DNA of 38,078 nucleotides from Candidatus Giovannonibacteria bacterium RIFCSPHIGHO2_02_FULL_44_11 (GCA_001778595.1 MFHL01000005.1:1-38078); one strand, 5' to 3'; shown: positions 16,311 through 26,314, counted from the stretch's first letter. A program made the numbers and translations. The notes: generated from the letters alone by a model not told the origin.

Positions 16311-18138
16311 AAACCAATCCGTAAGATTTTATGAAGTTTGCAAATTCATCGCGTTCCACGGTTTCTTCCGTTATTAATTTTTGGGCCAGCGCGTCCAGAA
16401 CATCGCGATGCTTTGTAAGAACTTCTTTGGCTGTTTTGAAGGCATTTTTCATAAAATTAGAAACTTCAGAATCAATGAGTGACGCAACCGTTTCCGAATA
16501 ATCTTTGGACGAACCAAAATCGCGTCCCAGGAAAACATTTTCCTCATGGCCGGAAAACGCCATCGGTCCGAACTTTTCCGACATGCCGTATTTTGTAACC
16601 AGAGCCCGCGCGAGGTCGGTGGCCTTTTTCAGATCGTCCGACGCACCTGTGGTAAATTCTTTAAAAACAACTTCTTCAGACGCATATCCGCCCAAAGAGA
16701 CCGCGAGCTCGGATATAAAATGGGTTTTTGTATAAAAATGTCTGTCCTCCAAAGGAAGCTTCAAAGTAAACCCTGCCGCGCGGCCACGCGAAATTATTGA
16801 AATTTTATGCACCGGGTCGGTATCGGGCATCAAGGCCGCAACAAGGGCGTGCCCGGCTTCGTGGTAAGCGGCGATTTTCTTTTCTTTGTCCGAAAGAATA
16901 TGGCTTTTCCTTTCGGGCCCAAGCATGACTTTTTCAATTGAATTAATGATATCCAGCTGTGTTACCTCTTTCCTTGCGTTGCGCGCGGTCAAAATCGCCG
17001 CCTCATTCACCAAATTTGCGAGGTCCGCACCTGAAAATCCCGGTGTCCGCTCGGCGATTCTTTTGAAATCAACATCTTTAGCCAGCGGTTTTTTCAGAGA
17101 ATGTATCTTTAAAATCGCCTCGCGGTCGTTGATATCGGGAAGATCTATGATTACGCGCCGGTCAAACCTTCCGGGGCGCAAAAGTGCAGGATCCAAAACA
17201 TCTGGCCGGTTGGTGGCTGCCATAACGATTACCGCCTCGTTGGTTTCAAATCCGTCCAACTCAACCAAAATCTGGTTCAATGTCTGCTCTCTTTCGTCGT
17301 GTCCTCCGCCCATGCCAGCTCCCCTATGGCGTCCGATTGCGTCTACTTCATCAATAAAAATAATGGAAGGCGCCGCTTTTTTGGCCATTTTAAATAAATC
17401 GCGTACGCGCGACGCGCCGACTCCGACGAACATTTCAACAAATTCCGACGCGGACATATGGAAAAACGGCACACCTGCTTCTCCCGCGACTGCTTTTGCT
17501 ATTAAAGTTTTTCCCGTACCGGGCGCGCCCATCAACAATACCCCTTTCGGTATTTTCGCACCGATATCCAGAAATTTCTTCGGCGATTTCAAAAAGTCTA
17601 CTATCTCTACAAGTTCTTCTTTGGCTTCTTTGGCTCCTGCAACATCCTTAAACATCACCCGTTCTTTTTTATTGTCGGGGTAAATTACCCGCGCGCGCGA
17701 TTGTCCGAAAGTAAAAGCTTGGATGTTCGCACGCTGGACCTGGCGCGCGGTCAGCCAGAAAAACGCCACTACCAGAAGCAGAGGCAATAAAAACGGCAAA
17801 AGCACCGCCAGCCAATACCAGACTCCTGAAGGGTTTTGTATGTCTATTACAATCTTTGCCAGCTTTTCATCCGTGAGTCCGTAATTTTTGAATGTTTCCG
17901 AAAGCGCGGCCTCATTTTCTTTTTTGGATAAAAATTCCGCGCCGTCCTTCATTGTAATAGTCAGGTCTGAATCCATTACGGTTATCTTAACAACCTGATC
18001 TGCGTTTATTTTTCCGACAAGTTCCGAAATAGAAATTGTTTTTACTTCTTTAAAGCTTCCCGAGAGCGCCGTGTACATGAACGCCAATGCCAGAAGTATC
18101 AGCAGAGCGCTAAACGCATTTTTTGAGAGCATTTTCAT
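16309..18138 (-). CDS. ftsH: ATP-dependent zinc metalloprotease FtsH
   Basis: Two TM helices, Walker A GAPGTGKT, Walker [12 protein letters not shown] region, zinc site HEAGHA. Confidence 0.97.
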   Translation of the reverse strand: MKMLSKNAFSALLILLALAFMYTALSGSFKEVKTISISELVGKINADQVVKITVMDSDLTITMKDGAEFLSKKENEAALSETFKNYGLTDEKLAKIVIDIQNPSGVWYWLAVLLPFLLPLLLVVAFFWLTARQVQRANIQAFTFGQSRARVIYPDNKKERVMFKDVAGAKEAKEELVEIVDFLKSPKKFLDIGAKIPKGVLLMGAPGTGKTLIAKAVAGEAGVPFFHMSASEFVEMFVGVGASRVRDLFKMAKKAAPSIIFIDEVDAIGRHRGAGMGGGHDEREQTLNQILVELDGFETNEAVIVMAATNRPDVLDPALLRPGRFDRRVIIDLPDINDREAILKIHSLKKPLAKDVDFKRIAERTPGFSGADLANLVNEAAILTARNARKEVTQLDIINSIEKVMLGPERKSHILSDKEKKIAAYHEAGHALVAALMPDTDPVHKISIISRGRAAGFTLKLPLEDRHFYTKTHFISELAVSLGGYASEEVVFKEFTTGASDDLKKATDLARALVTKYGMSEKFGPMAFSGHEENVFLGRDFGSSKDYSETVASLIDSEVSNFMKNAFKTAKEVLTKHRDVLDALAQKLITEETVERDEFANFIKSYGLV

Positions 18139-18153
18139 ATTAAAGTAATTATA

Positions 18154-19155
18154 TTACACAGTGCGGCTTTCTCCAAATCCCGTATCCTGAACGGGGCTCC
18201 AAATCTTCTCTCCAAGCCCGACCTCAAAAAGCTGCGGCATTTTGTCCCAGGATATCGCGGTCGCTTCAACATTTTTCGGATTCACTCCGCCGTTCTGGAT
18301 TGTATTCGTCGCGCGGTCATAATACCATTCGGGCACTTCTTTCAGCCTGGCCGTTCTGGAAAGCTCCTGTGCGCCGAGCTCAACTTCCCTGTTCCTCGCC
18401 GTCAGCTCTTCAAGCCTCAAAACAACCGCCATTGCCCGAAGGTCTATATGCTTTGCCTGCCTGGTTAAAATATTCACGTGCCCCGAAGAAAGACGCTGGG
18501 CAACAACGTCAAACTTGCCTCCGTTCTGCGACCTTAAATAGCCGGCCATACTGGTATTGTCCGAATCCATAAAAACAACTTTCAATTTTTTTCCGCGCTG
18601 ACGCGCTTCCATTATACGCACTCCTCCTTCGTCGTTTTTTTTCTTAAATTCCGCCGGCAATTCCTCCGTGCGCTTAAGCTCTTCGTTGTGGTGGGAGATT
18701 AAAATCGGCATGATAATATCCAGAACTTTTTGTGAATTTTTCGGCAAATTTTTATTTAAAGTATAAATTATCGCGGAAAGCCCGAACGTGCGGTCTATCG
18801 GGTCTTCTGAAATTGTGCCTTTGCCGAACATATCGTCGCGTCTCGCGTATTCCAGCATTTTTGCCAAAGACGCGTCCTCGGCAATACCCAAAAATTCCGC
18901 GGCCATTTGCGAAGCGGTTGTTTTGCCACGGAATTCATGGTGGTCAAATCTGCCTCCGCCCATATCCATCAAAATATATCCTTCTTTTTCCAAATCTTCC
19001 GACGTCTTCCCTTCGGGCATCGTTTGCCATACCTCCAAGCCCGCTTCTTCAATGCCAGGAAACGTGGTTTTTCCGAATCTTTTCAAAAGAAAAATAGCCA
19101 CAAGCGTGTCGGGCTGAGGGCGTACAGGCAAAACAATAGCTTTTATCTTATCCAT
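18154..19155 (-). CDS. Hypothetical protein with MYG1/UPF0160-like metal-dependent phosphoesterase motifs (tentative)
   Basis: PDTLVAIFLL and ILMDMGGGRFDHHEF resemble the MYG1 blocks DEALAxxLL and VDVGGxYDxxxxRYDHHQ. The first His-rich MYG1 motif is absent. Confidence 0.35.
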   Translation of the reverse strand: MDKIKAIVLPVRPQPDTLVAIFLLKRFGKTTFPGIEEAGLEVWQTMPEGKTSEDLEKEGYILMDMGGGRFDHHEFRGKTTASQMAAEFLGIAEDASLAKMLEYARRDDMFGKGTISEDPIDRTFGLSAIIYTLNKNLPKNSQKVLDIIMPILISHHNEELKRTEELPAEFKKKNDEGGVRIMEARQRGKKLKVVFMDSDNTSMAGYLRSQNGGKFDVVAQRLSSGHVNILTRQAKHIDLRAMAVVLRLEELTARNREVELGAQELSRTARLKEVPEWYYDRATNTIQNGGVNPKNVEATAISWDKMPQLFEVGLGEKIWSPVQDTGFGESRTV

Positions 19156-19187
19156 TTTATTATGCCTAGTGTACCATATTATTATAT

Positions 19188-19222
19188 AAAAGTCAAACCC
19201 CCATGCATGGATTGCATGGGGG
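19188..19222 (-). terminator. Rho-independent terminator of the 19255-20079 gene
   Basis: 10-bp stem cccccatgca/tgcatggggg, followed on the minus strand by tttgacttt. Confidence 0.65.
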
Positions 19223-19254
19223 CATAGAAAGCTCGTTGGCTTTCCGGTGTTTAG

Positions 19255-20079
19255 TTATTCTTGTTGAGGTGCGGGAGCGTCAGCGGGAGCCTCCGAAGGC
19301 GTATCAGGCTGATTTGCCTTTTTGAGGCGGAACAGCAGCGTGTCCAGATCGGCATAGAAACGCCTCATAGCTTTGGCAACTGCCATGCTCTCTATGTTCC
19401 CCTTGATTCCCCAGCACCAAATTTTCTTCCCCTTGGGATTTTTCGCCGAGAATGCGTAGTCGGAGAAAGAAACATGCTTCCTCTTCCACTCGTCCACGAT
19501 CTCGTCGGGAACTTCCTGGATGTGCCTGTTTTTCCACAGCTTCTCAAAAAAGCCGCGGTACTTATCGACAAGCCCGTCAACCTCCGCGTCCGCCTCTTCT
19601 TTCGTCGACTTCAGGAGACTTCTTACTTTGTCGGCCGAATCCTGCACCTCAGTGTAAAAATTCCTGAAATTCACAACCTCAAGCGCAGCCTCATCAACCT
19701 CTTCTCCGACCCGGAACTCTTTGGCCGCATCAATCTGAGCCTTTAGGTCTTTGATAGGCTGGGTATCAGCGAACACGCCTTTTGAGCAATTAGCCTCGAT
19801 CATTTTCCTAAGCAATGCCTCGTACTGCGGGATGTTTTTCTTGATCTTTATCAGGACCTCAGCTTTTTCAATTTCGGCCGAAATGAAATTGGCAAAGGAC
19901 TCGTTGTCCTTCAACAACTCCTCCACGTCCAGATTGGCCAACGCAAGCACATCCACAAGCTCATTTCCCTTCAGAGCATCGCCTGTCATCGCCTCTACAT
20001 CCACCTCGCTAATCTCCTGCGGACGGTTATCCGCCTCCTTCTCAATCACCGCCTTTTGCAAATCTTTCATGTCTTTCAT
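19255..20079 (-). CDS. Hypothetical acidic, coiled-coil-rich protein (274 aa)
   Basis: ATG preceded by ggagaa. Glu/Asp/Lys-rich with an Ala/Pro-rich C-terminal tail. Confidence 0.55.
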   Translation of the reverse strand: MKDMKDLQKAVIEKEADNRPQEISEVDVEAMTGDALKGNELVDVLALANLDVEELLKDNESFANFISAEIEKAEVLIKIKKNIPQYEALLRKMIEANCSKGVFADTQPIKDLKAQIDAAKEFRVGEEVDEAALEVVNFRNFYTEVQDSADKVRSLLKSTKEEADAEVDGLVDKYRGFFEKLWKNRHIQEVPDEIVDEWKRKHVSFSDYAFSAKNPKGKKIWCWGIKGNIESMAVAKAMRRFYADLDTLLFRLKKANQPDTPSEAPADAPAPQQE

Positions 20080-20151
20080 AACAAATTCTCCTTTTCGGCC
20101 TACGGCCGGTTTGTTAGTTGGTCAAAAACGCCTGGCACCCTACTTACACAC

Positions 20152-21549
20152 TTACACAAAAACAAATTCCAAAGTCTCTCCGTTTTTTGCGGTGAAAAAC
20201 TCGATGTCTTTCTTCAATCTTTGCGTCCTTTCTTTCAGCCCCTCGTGAGCCTCCGGCTCTCCATGGACCGTCACAACCTTTTTGGGGTTGATCCGGCAGA
20301 TCCACTTCGCCATCTTGTCGCCTCCGGAGTGCCCCGACAGTTTGAACGGGATAACATCGGCGTTGATTTGCCTGGTTACTTCATATTCTTTTAACTCGGG
20401 CTGCTGTCCTTCAACTTTCTTCACATACTGATGAAAAAAAGTTATCTTCTCGCCTTTCTGCAGTTGAGTAAGCTTTCTGCCCTGCGTATCTTTGGCCTGG
20501 TATCCGGGAAGAATTACTGCGTTTTTTGAATCTTCCAAAAGCTCCTCAACATATCCTACTGACGGTCCCGCCTCAAGCATTCCCGAAGAACTTACAATGA
20601 CCACCGGTTCCGGCTGTCTAACAAGATCCCGCCGGTAAAACCTGTCCTCTTCCTTGCACCCTCCGTCCACTAAGAACAGCGAACCGAAATCAGAAAGCTT
20701 AAACGGCTTGTCCTGTTCGCACCATGGCGCGCTGTTTGCGTAAAGATGCGTAAAATCTCTGCCCATGCCGTCAACATGAACCGGAAATCCGGCTTCTGCC
20801 AAAGGCAACGCCTCTTCAATTAGCGTGGAAGCAAAATGCGGAATAACGGCTTTACCGCCGCGCGCAAAAACTTTCCGGATAACCTCCTTTAATCTGGCCT
20901 TTTCTTTGGCTCTGTCCGGAAGTTCTCGATTGCCGTACGTGGATTCAACCACCATCACATCCGGGTTGAGAAAATCTTGCGGTATGCCGGCGCCCCTAAC
21001 TAAAGCCCTTTCATCCACAGAAACATCGCAGGCGTGCAAAACTCGCGTGCCGTCAGGAAAAACCATCAGAAACATCGCCGCTCCCGGTTTGTGTCCGGCG
21101 GAACGAAAAGAAATCTTATGCCCCGCGATCGGCGAGAACCATGAAGTGTCGCCGATAAAATCCACCCGGTCAACGAGACTCTCAACCTCTCTTAAGCTAA
21201 ATAGCGGCGGCTCCGGTTTCCGTCCTTGCAACAAATCTATCTCCGCGCGGGATTCGGCTATCTTAACCGAATCCTTTAAGAGAAAATTCATCCCTTCAAA
21301 CGATGTTTTCGTCATCATCACTTTTGACTCGGGGTGTTCTCTTAAAAAAACCGGCACTCCTCCGCAATGGTCCAGATGATCATGTGATAAGAGAAAAAGT
21401 TCGATGTCTCCGCGCGTCATTTCAGGATACTTTATCCTTTTTTCCGATTGTATCGCACCGTGGTCTACTTGAATATTGCCGTTGTGTACATAAGAAGAAC
21501 CTCCGATGGAGTCTCCTCCCGCATTCGCCTCAAACGTCCATTTTTTCAT
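20152..21549 (-). CDS. Metallo-beta-lactamase / beta-CASP family ribonuclease
   Basis: HxHxDH motif LLSHDHLDHCGG, a beta-CASP insertion, and a C-terminal SGHSG motif. 465 aa. Confidence 0.8.
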   Translation of the reverse strand: MKKWTFEANAGGDSIGGSSYVHNGNIQVDHGAIQSEKRIKYPEMTRGDIELFLLSHDHLDHCGGVPVFLREHPESKVMMTKTSFEGMNFLLKDSVKIAESRAEIDLLQGRKPEPPLFSLREVESLVDRVDFIGDTSWFSPIAGHKISFRSAGHKPGAAMFLMVFPDGTRVLHACDVSVDERALVRGAGIPQDFLNPDVMVVESTYGNRELPDRAKEKARLKEVIRKVFARGGKAVIPHFASTLIEEALPLAEAGFPVHVDGMGRDFTHLYANSAPWCEQDKPFKLSDFGSLFLVDGGCKEEDRFYRRDLVRQPEPVVIVSSSGMLEAGPSVGYVEELLEDSKNAVILPGYQAKDTQGRKLTQLQKGEKITFFHQYVKKVEGQQPELKEYEVTRQINADVIPFKLSGHSGGDKMAKWICRINPKKVVTVHGEPEAHEGLKERTQRLKKDIEFFTAKNGETLEFVFV

Positions 21550-21669
21550 TTGCCGCCTTCCTACCTTTCTAAATTTGTTTAATGTGTTTTTTGATTTCAG
21601 AGAGCTTTTTTACTGGTTAAAGTATATCATAATCTATACCAAAAGTCAACCCGCCCACCCGCGCAACAA

Positions 21670-21699
21670 AAAAACTAATGGTCTTATCCATTAGTTTTT
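21670..21699. terminator. Rho-independent terminator (12-bp stem) overlapping the stop of 21691-21915
   Basis: aaaaactaatgg/ccattagttttt stem with A/T runs on both sides. Confidence 0.6.
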
Positions 21700-21915
21700 G
21701 GGTTTAAAAATCGGACATCTGGTAATCGCCATCGAAACATTTTCAATAACGCAAATCTTGTAAAGCGCTGAAGCAACATGACAATGATCTGCCTGGCCTG
21801 GCTTCATGTTTCCGCAATTCAAGCAAAGACATTCGGTTTTGCGCAACATATCCATTTCTTTGTTGACCAGAACTTCTTTGCCGTAATGAGTTTCTTTAAC
21901 TGCCGGATTTTTCAT
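21691..21915 (-). CDS. Small Cys-rich hypothetical protein (74 aa)
   Basis: CLCLNCGNMKPGQADHCH ... C ... C suggests metal binding. ATG start with a terminator at the stop. Confidence 0.5.
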   Translation of the reverse strand: MKNPAVKETHYGKEVLVNKEMDMLRKTECLCLNCGNMKPGQADHCHVASALYKICVIENVSMAITRCPIFKPKN

Positions 21916-21993
21916 TTGCTTACCGCTTTCCGATATCTACGTTAAATATTTACAAATAATAGAAAAACTTGCAAGCCGTGCTTTTGTGCTATT

Positions 21994-22338
21994 ATGAAAA
22001 AAGAAGAAAGAAAGAACAATTTTATGGATAGAAATACTTTCGGCGGGCTTTTGGTCTTGGCGTTGATTGCGGCAGGGCTGAAAATGATAATCTATAAAAA
22101 ACATTCTTCAGCCAAAAAACCCGCAAAGTTCTTACCGATGGCAATGCTGCGATTACAATGCCCTAAATGCAAAGAATCCCTGGAAGAGTTTGCCTGCGCT
22201 GATTTCCAGGAAAACGGGATGTTCCAAAAAGTTTATAAATGCCCGCGATGTGTCGCCGAACCCGAGAAAGAAATTCTTTACCGTTCCGACGGACAGCCAT
22301 TCCGTAAGGAAAACACTTCCGTGCACCGCCTCCAATAG
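21994..22338 (+). CDS. Membrane-anchored zinc-ribbon hypothetical protein (114 aa)
   Basis: One TM helix (FGGLLVLALIAAGLKMII) followed by CPKC ... CPRC. Confidence 0.5.
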   Translation: MKKEERKNNFMDRNTFGGLLVLALIAAGLKMIIYKKHSSAKKPAKFLPMAMLRLQCPKCKESLEEFACADFQENGMFQKVYKCPRCVAEPEKEILYRSDGQPFRKENTSVHRLQ

Positions 22339-22386
22339 GCGGTTTTATTTTAATAGCGGACTACATCCGTGTCGATTGGAACCAAG

Positions 22387-22704
22387 TTATTTCGGAGATT
22401 CAGATTTGACAATCCTCATTTTGCGTTCAAGCGTAAACCAAGGACTTCCGCTACCACCATAAAGTTTTTCAATGATAACAGGTACCGCGTCTTCCCGATA
22501 CTGTGTAAATTTATCCGCTTCATTGCTTAAAAAGATTTTCGCGGAATACGCGTCGCCATCTCGAAGCCTTTTTATAAGCTTTTGCATCACAACATCGCTT
22601 TGTCCGTTGGTTTTCTGCACATGGATGACTTCTAATTCTCTCGCAAGCTCCGCCAATCTTTCTTTTTCGGAATTATTAAGATTTTGCTCTTTTTCGGCAG
22701 ACAT
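22387..22704 (-). CDS. Hypothetical protein (105 aa)
   Basis: ATG ORF, charged and helical, no motif recognised. Confidence 0.45.
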   Translation of the reverse strand: MSAEKEQNLNNSEKERLAELARELEVIHVQKTNGQSDVVMQKLIKRLRDGDAYSAKIFLSNEADKFTQYREDAVPVIIEKLYGGSGSPWFTLERKMRIVKSESPK

Positions 22705-22872
22705 TGTTATTCAAAGTTATTACAAATTATTACTTATTATAACGGTGGTGTCATTATATCATTTACTCAAACTTATTTTGAGTGGGACTCCTGACCGCGC
22801 CCCGCCTCTTTTTTCTGGGGGAATGATGGCGGGTTAATTATTAAAATTTGATTATTATGCATAAAAATATTT

Positions 22873-22943
22873 TGGACCTACAGGGAATCGAACCCTGACC
22901 TGATCCATGCCATGGATCCGTTCTGCCACTGAACTATAGGCCC
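22873..22943 (-). tRNA. tRNA-Ala (anticodon GGC), no encoded CCA
   Basis: The reverse complement folds as acceptor gggccta/taggtcc with the G3:U70 alanine identity pair, anticodon stem gatcc/ggatc with loop atGGCat, T-arm caggg/ttcgatt/ccctg, discriminator A. Confidence 0.88.
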
Positions 22944-22946
22944 TTG

Positions 22947-23231
22947 TTAATTTTGTTTTGTCTCAACAGGCTCCGCTTTCGGCAAAGATTTTTTGCTGAA
23001 GCGGAAAATGTATAAAATTTCCAAAATGCCGGCTGTGTTTATCAGAAGCAGTGCAATAAACCAATAAAGATCTCCTTTTCTGGCGGCGTGCCACAAAGCC
23101 CTGCCTTTCCAATATATAGTCCATACGATAAGCGCCAAAACAAACAATCCGATAACGGGCATAAAAGCAAAACCCCAAAAAGGCACATTCCAGTGCGTAT
23201 TCCAGTTATTGTAATACGATCCCCATTGCAT
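22947..23231 (-). CDS. Small membrane protein (94 aa, Trp/Tyr-rich N-terminus, two to three TM helices)
   Basis: ATG ORF. Its stop is 3 nt from the tRNA-Ala 5' end. Contains YWFIALLLINTAGILEILYIF. Confidence 0.6.
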   Translation of the reverse strand: MQWGSYYNNWNTHWNVPFWGFAFMPVIGLFVLALIVWTIYWKGRALWHAARKGDLYWFIALLLINTAGILEILYIFRFSKKSLPKAEPVETKQN

Positions 23232-23258
23232 AAAAGTATTTTAGCAAATTTTGATAAA

Positions 23259-23690
23259 TTAAACCAGACCCGTAGACCCAAACCCTCCACGGGAGGTATT
23301 GCCCAAATCCTCAACCTCCTCCCATTCGGCGCGGTCGTATTTACGGAAAAATCCCTGCGTTATCCTTTCGCCTTTTTCAATTGAAACCGGCTTGTCCAAA
23401 AAATTATAAACTGCGGCGTGGTATTCGTCGGCGTTTCCCGAAAAATCCGTGTCTCCAATCGCCACGTTATTCGCAAGCATCAGTCCTTTTTTGTGGAGCG
23501 AGCTACGTGCGGCCATTATCAGCATATGGTTTTCGGGGTGCTCTATCGCGACATTCAACGGTATGTATTTTATTTCCTTCGGTAAAATTTCCGCGGTAAT
23601 ACGCGCCGTAAAATCAAAACACGCCGCGCCCTTGGTCTTGTACTGGGGCAGCGGCAAGAATTTATCGAATCTTTTAATGCGGACCTTCAT
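23259..23690 (-). CDS. dut: dUTP diphosphatase (dUTPase)
   Basis: GAACFDF, IGDTDFSG and the C-terminal RGGFGSTG motif. The start was set to ATG 23690 (MKVRIK). The longer track ORF would overlap the upstream gene and its terminator. Confidence 0.88.
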   Translation of the reverse strand: MKVRIKRFDKFLPLPQYKTKGAACFDFTARITAEILPKEIKYIPLNVAIEHPENHMLIMAARSSLHKKGLMLANNVAIGDTDFSGNADEYHAAVYNFLDKPVSIEKGERITQGFFRKYDRAEWEEVEDLGNTSRGGFGSTGLV

Positions 23691-23720
23691 TAGATTAAAT
23701 TTAACATGAATTATACGAAA

Positions 23721-23754
23721 ATAAAAAAACGTCCGACTATGCGTCGCGGACGTT
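23721..23754 (-). terminator. Rho-independent terminator of the PLP-enzyme gene
   Basis: aacgtccg/cggacgtt stem, followed on the minus strand by a 7-T run. It overlaps the stop at 23753. Confidence 0.6.
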
Positions 23755-24961
23755 AAATTTTCTGAAATGCCTGATGGCAATCGAAAACCTGGTTTTGCCA
23801 GGCTTCGCGCCCCATAGAGAACCTTATTGTCGCCTCCGAAATGCCGACTTTTAGGAGCTCTTCCGAGTCCATTTGGTTGTGGGTCGTAACCCAGGGCCGG
23901 AGCATCAAAGATCTCGGCTCACCGATATTCGGCGCGAGCCAAAAAAGTTTTAGCGAGTCCACGAAAATTTTGGCCGCTTCTCCTCCGCCTTCCACCTCAA
24001 AAGCCAAAAGTCCGCCAAACCCGTTTGGCATCAGCTTCTTATTCGCTTCGGCTCTCGGACCGACAGTGGGATAAAAAACCTTTTTTACTTTTGGATGTTG
24101 TGAAAGATATTTGACCATCATTTCCGCGTTGAAACAATGAGCTTCTATGCGCGGTCCCAAAGATTCGGTATTGGCACGGATTGTGTCTGCCGTGTCCGTA
24201 GACATGCTGGAGCGCACGTCCCGATACCAATCAGTACGAAAACGGTCCATCCATTCTTTGGACCGCGAAAGAATGTCTCCTCCCCAAACCTCTCCGTCTG
24301 AAAAATATTTTGACAGCGATTCGCCGACAAAATCAAAACCAAGGTCAAACGGCCGTATCAAAAACGGCGTGCCCAAAGTAGTATCGGCCACGGCAACAAT
24401 TCCGCGCTTATGGGCAAGCTCCGCAATACGCTTCCCGTCAAAAACATCTATCAAAGGATTGGAAGGGATCTCAACATGAAACGCCGCCGTATTTTTTCTT
24501 ATGGCCTCATCCCACTCTCTTAAATCGTACGGATTTTCAACAAAAGTAGTTTCAATGCCAAAGGCCGGCAGAATCTTTTTGAATAAATCATAGACTCCGC
24601 CATACAGTTTGCTCGAGGACACAATATGTCCGCCGTTTCTGCCTAAATATTCAAACAGTGTTTTTATGGCCGTCATACCGCTGGCAAGGGTCAAAGCGGC
24701 TCCCGCGCCGTGAAGCGAAGCAAGCCGTCTCTCCAAACATTCTTCGGTTTTATTGCTTATCGGGCCATAAAAATGACCTGCTTCCTTACCTGAAAAAAGC
24801 CTTCTTGATCTGTCATCTGTCAGCATTGGCATGGCGGTAGAACGCTGAATCCCCGGATTCATTTCCGTATCGGTAAGCAAACCGCCTCCGTGTATCGCCA
24901 AAGTTTCAAGCCGAAAATTTCCCCATTCTTCAGGAACAATAAACAAATCACTCTTCTTCAT
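23753..24961 (-). CDS. Cys/Met-metabolism PLP-dependent enzyme (O-acetylhomoserine sulfhydrylase / cystathionine gamma-synthase or lyase-like)
   Basis: ETLAIHGG N-terminal block and SLSKY with a candidate PLP lysine. The size fits the family. The start was set to ATG 24961, preceded by aaggag (the track start is TTG 24979). Confidence 0.75.
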   Translation of the reverse strand: MKKSDLFIVPEEWGNFRLETLAIHGGGLLTDTEMNPGIQRSTAMPMLTDDRSRRLFSGKEAGHFYGPISNKTEECLERRLASLHGAGAALTLASGMTAIKTLFEYLGRNGGHIVSSSKLYGGVYDLFKKILPAFGIETTFVENPYDLREWDEAIRKNTAAFHVEIPSNPLIDVFDGKRIAELAHKRGIVAVADTTLGTPFLIRPFDLGFDFVGESLSKYFSDGEVWGGDILSRSKEWMDRFRTDWYRDVRSSMSTDTADTIRANTESLGPRIEAHCFNAEMMVKYLSQHPKVKKVFYPTVGPRAEANKKLMPNGFGGLLAFEVEGGGEAAKIFVDSLKLFWLAPNIGEPRSLMLRPWVTTHNQMDSEELLKVGISEATIRFSMGREAWQNQVFDCHQAFQKI

Positions 24962-25023
24962 CGCAAGCTCCTTTTTCAAGTATAATTTCCTCTCCCACCC
25001 TAGCTCCGAACGGGTTTTTTAGC

Positions 25024-25054
25024 AAGAAAAAAAGCCCTCTCATTATTAGGGCTT
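25024..25054 (-). terminator. Rho-independent terminator of 25066-25563
   Basis: aagccct/agggctt stem, followed on the minus strand by tttttttctt. Confidence 0.6.
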
Positions 25055-25065
25055 CTATAAAAAAA

Positions 25066-25563
25066 TTAATACACCTCGTTCGTGTAACCAACAACGCCAT
25101 GTGGCGGATTTTTATCAAGCACCATTTTAAATCTACCGAGCAATACAATGTCGATTAATTGATATTTATCACCTCCGAACAGCGGTTTTTCTTTGATCTG
25201 TAAAACAGGACTCCACCATTTATATTTGCCGAAATGAGGGCTCAATTCGTGTAAAAATAAAGTCATTTCAAATGAGGGCAGCTCCACCTCAACCCTTACT
25301 AATTCGTCGTCACCGGTTACAAGAGTTAAGGTTACACATTCCCCTCCGGCATATTCAGGCGGCGTGGCACACCCCCTGCCAAAACCGACATAAGTTGCGT
25401 ATTTGTAATTCAAATATTGCGTGAGCGGAAACTGCTGAAGGCCTTTTACAATATGATCGTGGCCGCTTCCTTTTTTGACCACATGCCAGGCTTCTTTGGC
25501 TTCAGCGTGAACAGTAACAAGCAATGTCAATATAACCGCGGCCCCGATTAAAAATCTTTTCAT
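25066..25563 (-). CDS. Secreted hypothetical protein (signal peptide)
   Basis: ATG 25563 is preceded by gggggag. N-terminal MKRFLIGAAVILTLLVTVHA is a signal peptide. The track's GTG 25590 start was rejected. Confidence 0.6.
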   Translation of the reverse strand: MKRFLIGAAVILTLLVTVHAEAKEAWHVVKKGSGHDHIVKGLQQFPLTQYLNYKYATYVGFGRGCATPPEYAGGECVTLTLVTGDDELVRVEVELPSFEMTLFLHELSPHFGKYKWWSPVLQIKEKPLFGGDKYQLIDIVLLGRFKMVLDKNPPHGVVGYTNEVY

Positions 25564-25613
25564 TCTCTGCTCCCCCAAATCTTCTGCCACTTTAACGCTG
25601 TTCTATGTTTTTG

Positions 25614-25644
25614 TAAAGAAAAAAGCCTGGCTATCCGGCTTTTT
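25614..25644 (-). terminator. Rho-independent terminator of 25657-26130
   Basis: aaaagcc/ggctttt stem, followed on the minus strand by a T-run. Confidence 0.55.
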
Positions 25645-25656
25645 GAGTACGCAATT

Positions 25657-26130
25657 TTATTTAGAGATTTTTTTAAGATATCTCAACTTACAATCGTCAT
25701 GCACATTTACTTCTTTAATTGATTTTGATTTATGATCGTAAACTTCCATTCTGATTCTTCCCACTCCCCACGTTGCTTCTTCGCATAAATAGCAAGCATA
25801 ACGCGGAACCGGAGTGGAATACTTTCCGTTTTTTGCGTCGTACTCCAACATAGCCACAGCAAATTTTTGGTCTTCCCTATACTGATTCCCTAAACCGTCA
25901 ACTTTTGCCATGCGCTTTCGACCGTCGGTCATGTTTAGAGTAATGCGCTCCGGATCAATTTTCACGCCGTATGTGTAGAAAACAAGATCTTCCGCGTTTC
26001 CGTCAAAAACTTGCGATAACAAATCATTGAACCGCTTAAAAAATGCCTTACCTGTCCTGTCCTTGCCTTTAAACAAATCCAAAACAAAAGTCGCCCCGCA
26101 ACCGCGAATCTCTTTTAGGATAATTTTCAT
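25657..26130 (-). CDS. Hypothetical protein (157 aa)
   Basis: ATG ORF, soluble, no motif recognised. Confidence 0.5.
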   Translation of the reverse strand: MKIILKEIRGCGATFVLDLFKGKDRTGKAFFKRFNDLLSQVFDGNAEDLVFYTYGVKIDPERITLNMTDGRKRMAKVDGLGNQYREDQKFAVAMLEYDAKNGKYSTPVPRYACYLCEEATWGVGRIRMEVYDHKSKSIKEVNVHDDCKLRYLKKISK

Positions 26131-26210
26131 GCGTGCTAACTAAAATCTCCCATTACCATAGCGTGAAGATAGAATTTTTGCAAGAAAAATGCTATAAATA
26201 ACCAAGTCTC

Positions 26211-26282
26211 CCCCTCGTAGTTCAACGGACAGAACATCCCCGTCCTAAGGGGTCGATAGAGGTTCAATTCCTCTCGAGGGGA
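26211..26282 (+). tRNA. tRNA-Arg (anticodon CCU), no encoded CCA
   Basis: Acceptor cccctcg/cgagggg (C1:G72), D-stem gttc/gaac, anticodon loop gtCCTaa on a cccc/gggg stem (U27-U43 mismatch), T-arm agagg/ttcaatt/cctct, discriminator A. Confidence 0.75.
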
Positions 26283-26314
26283 CACAAATATTAAAAAGTG
26301 TTATATTAAATAAA

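Noticed and set aside
16886-17683. 265-aa plus-strand ORF antisense to ftsH
   Set aside because: It lies within the conserved AAA+ core of FtsH. Its Ser/Pro/Ala-rich translation is typical of the antisense frame of a real gene.
20825-21379. 184-aa plus-strand ORF antisense to the beta-CASP RNase gene
   Set aside because: It overlaps a well-supported minus-strand CDS and has no start context or motif.
23691-23780. N-terminal 30-codon extension of the dut ORF in the track
   Set aside because: The extension would overlap the stop and terminator of the upstream PLP-enzyme gene. The dUTPase family N-terminus begins at MKVRIK (ATG 23690).
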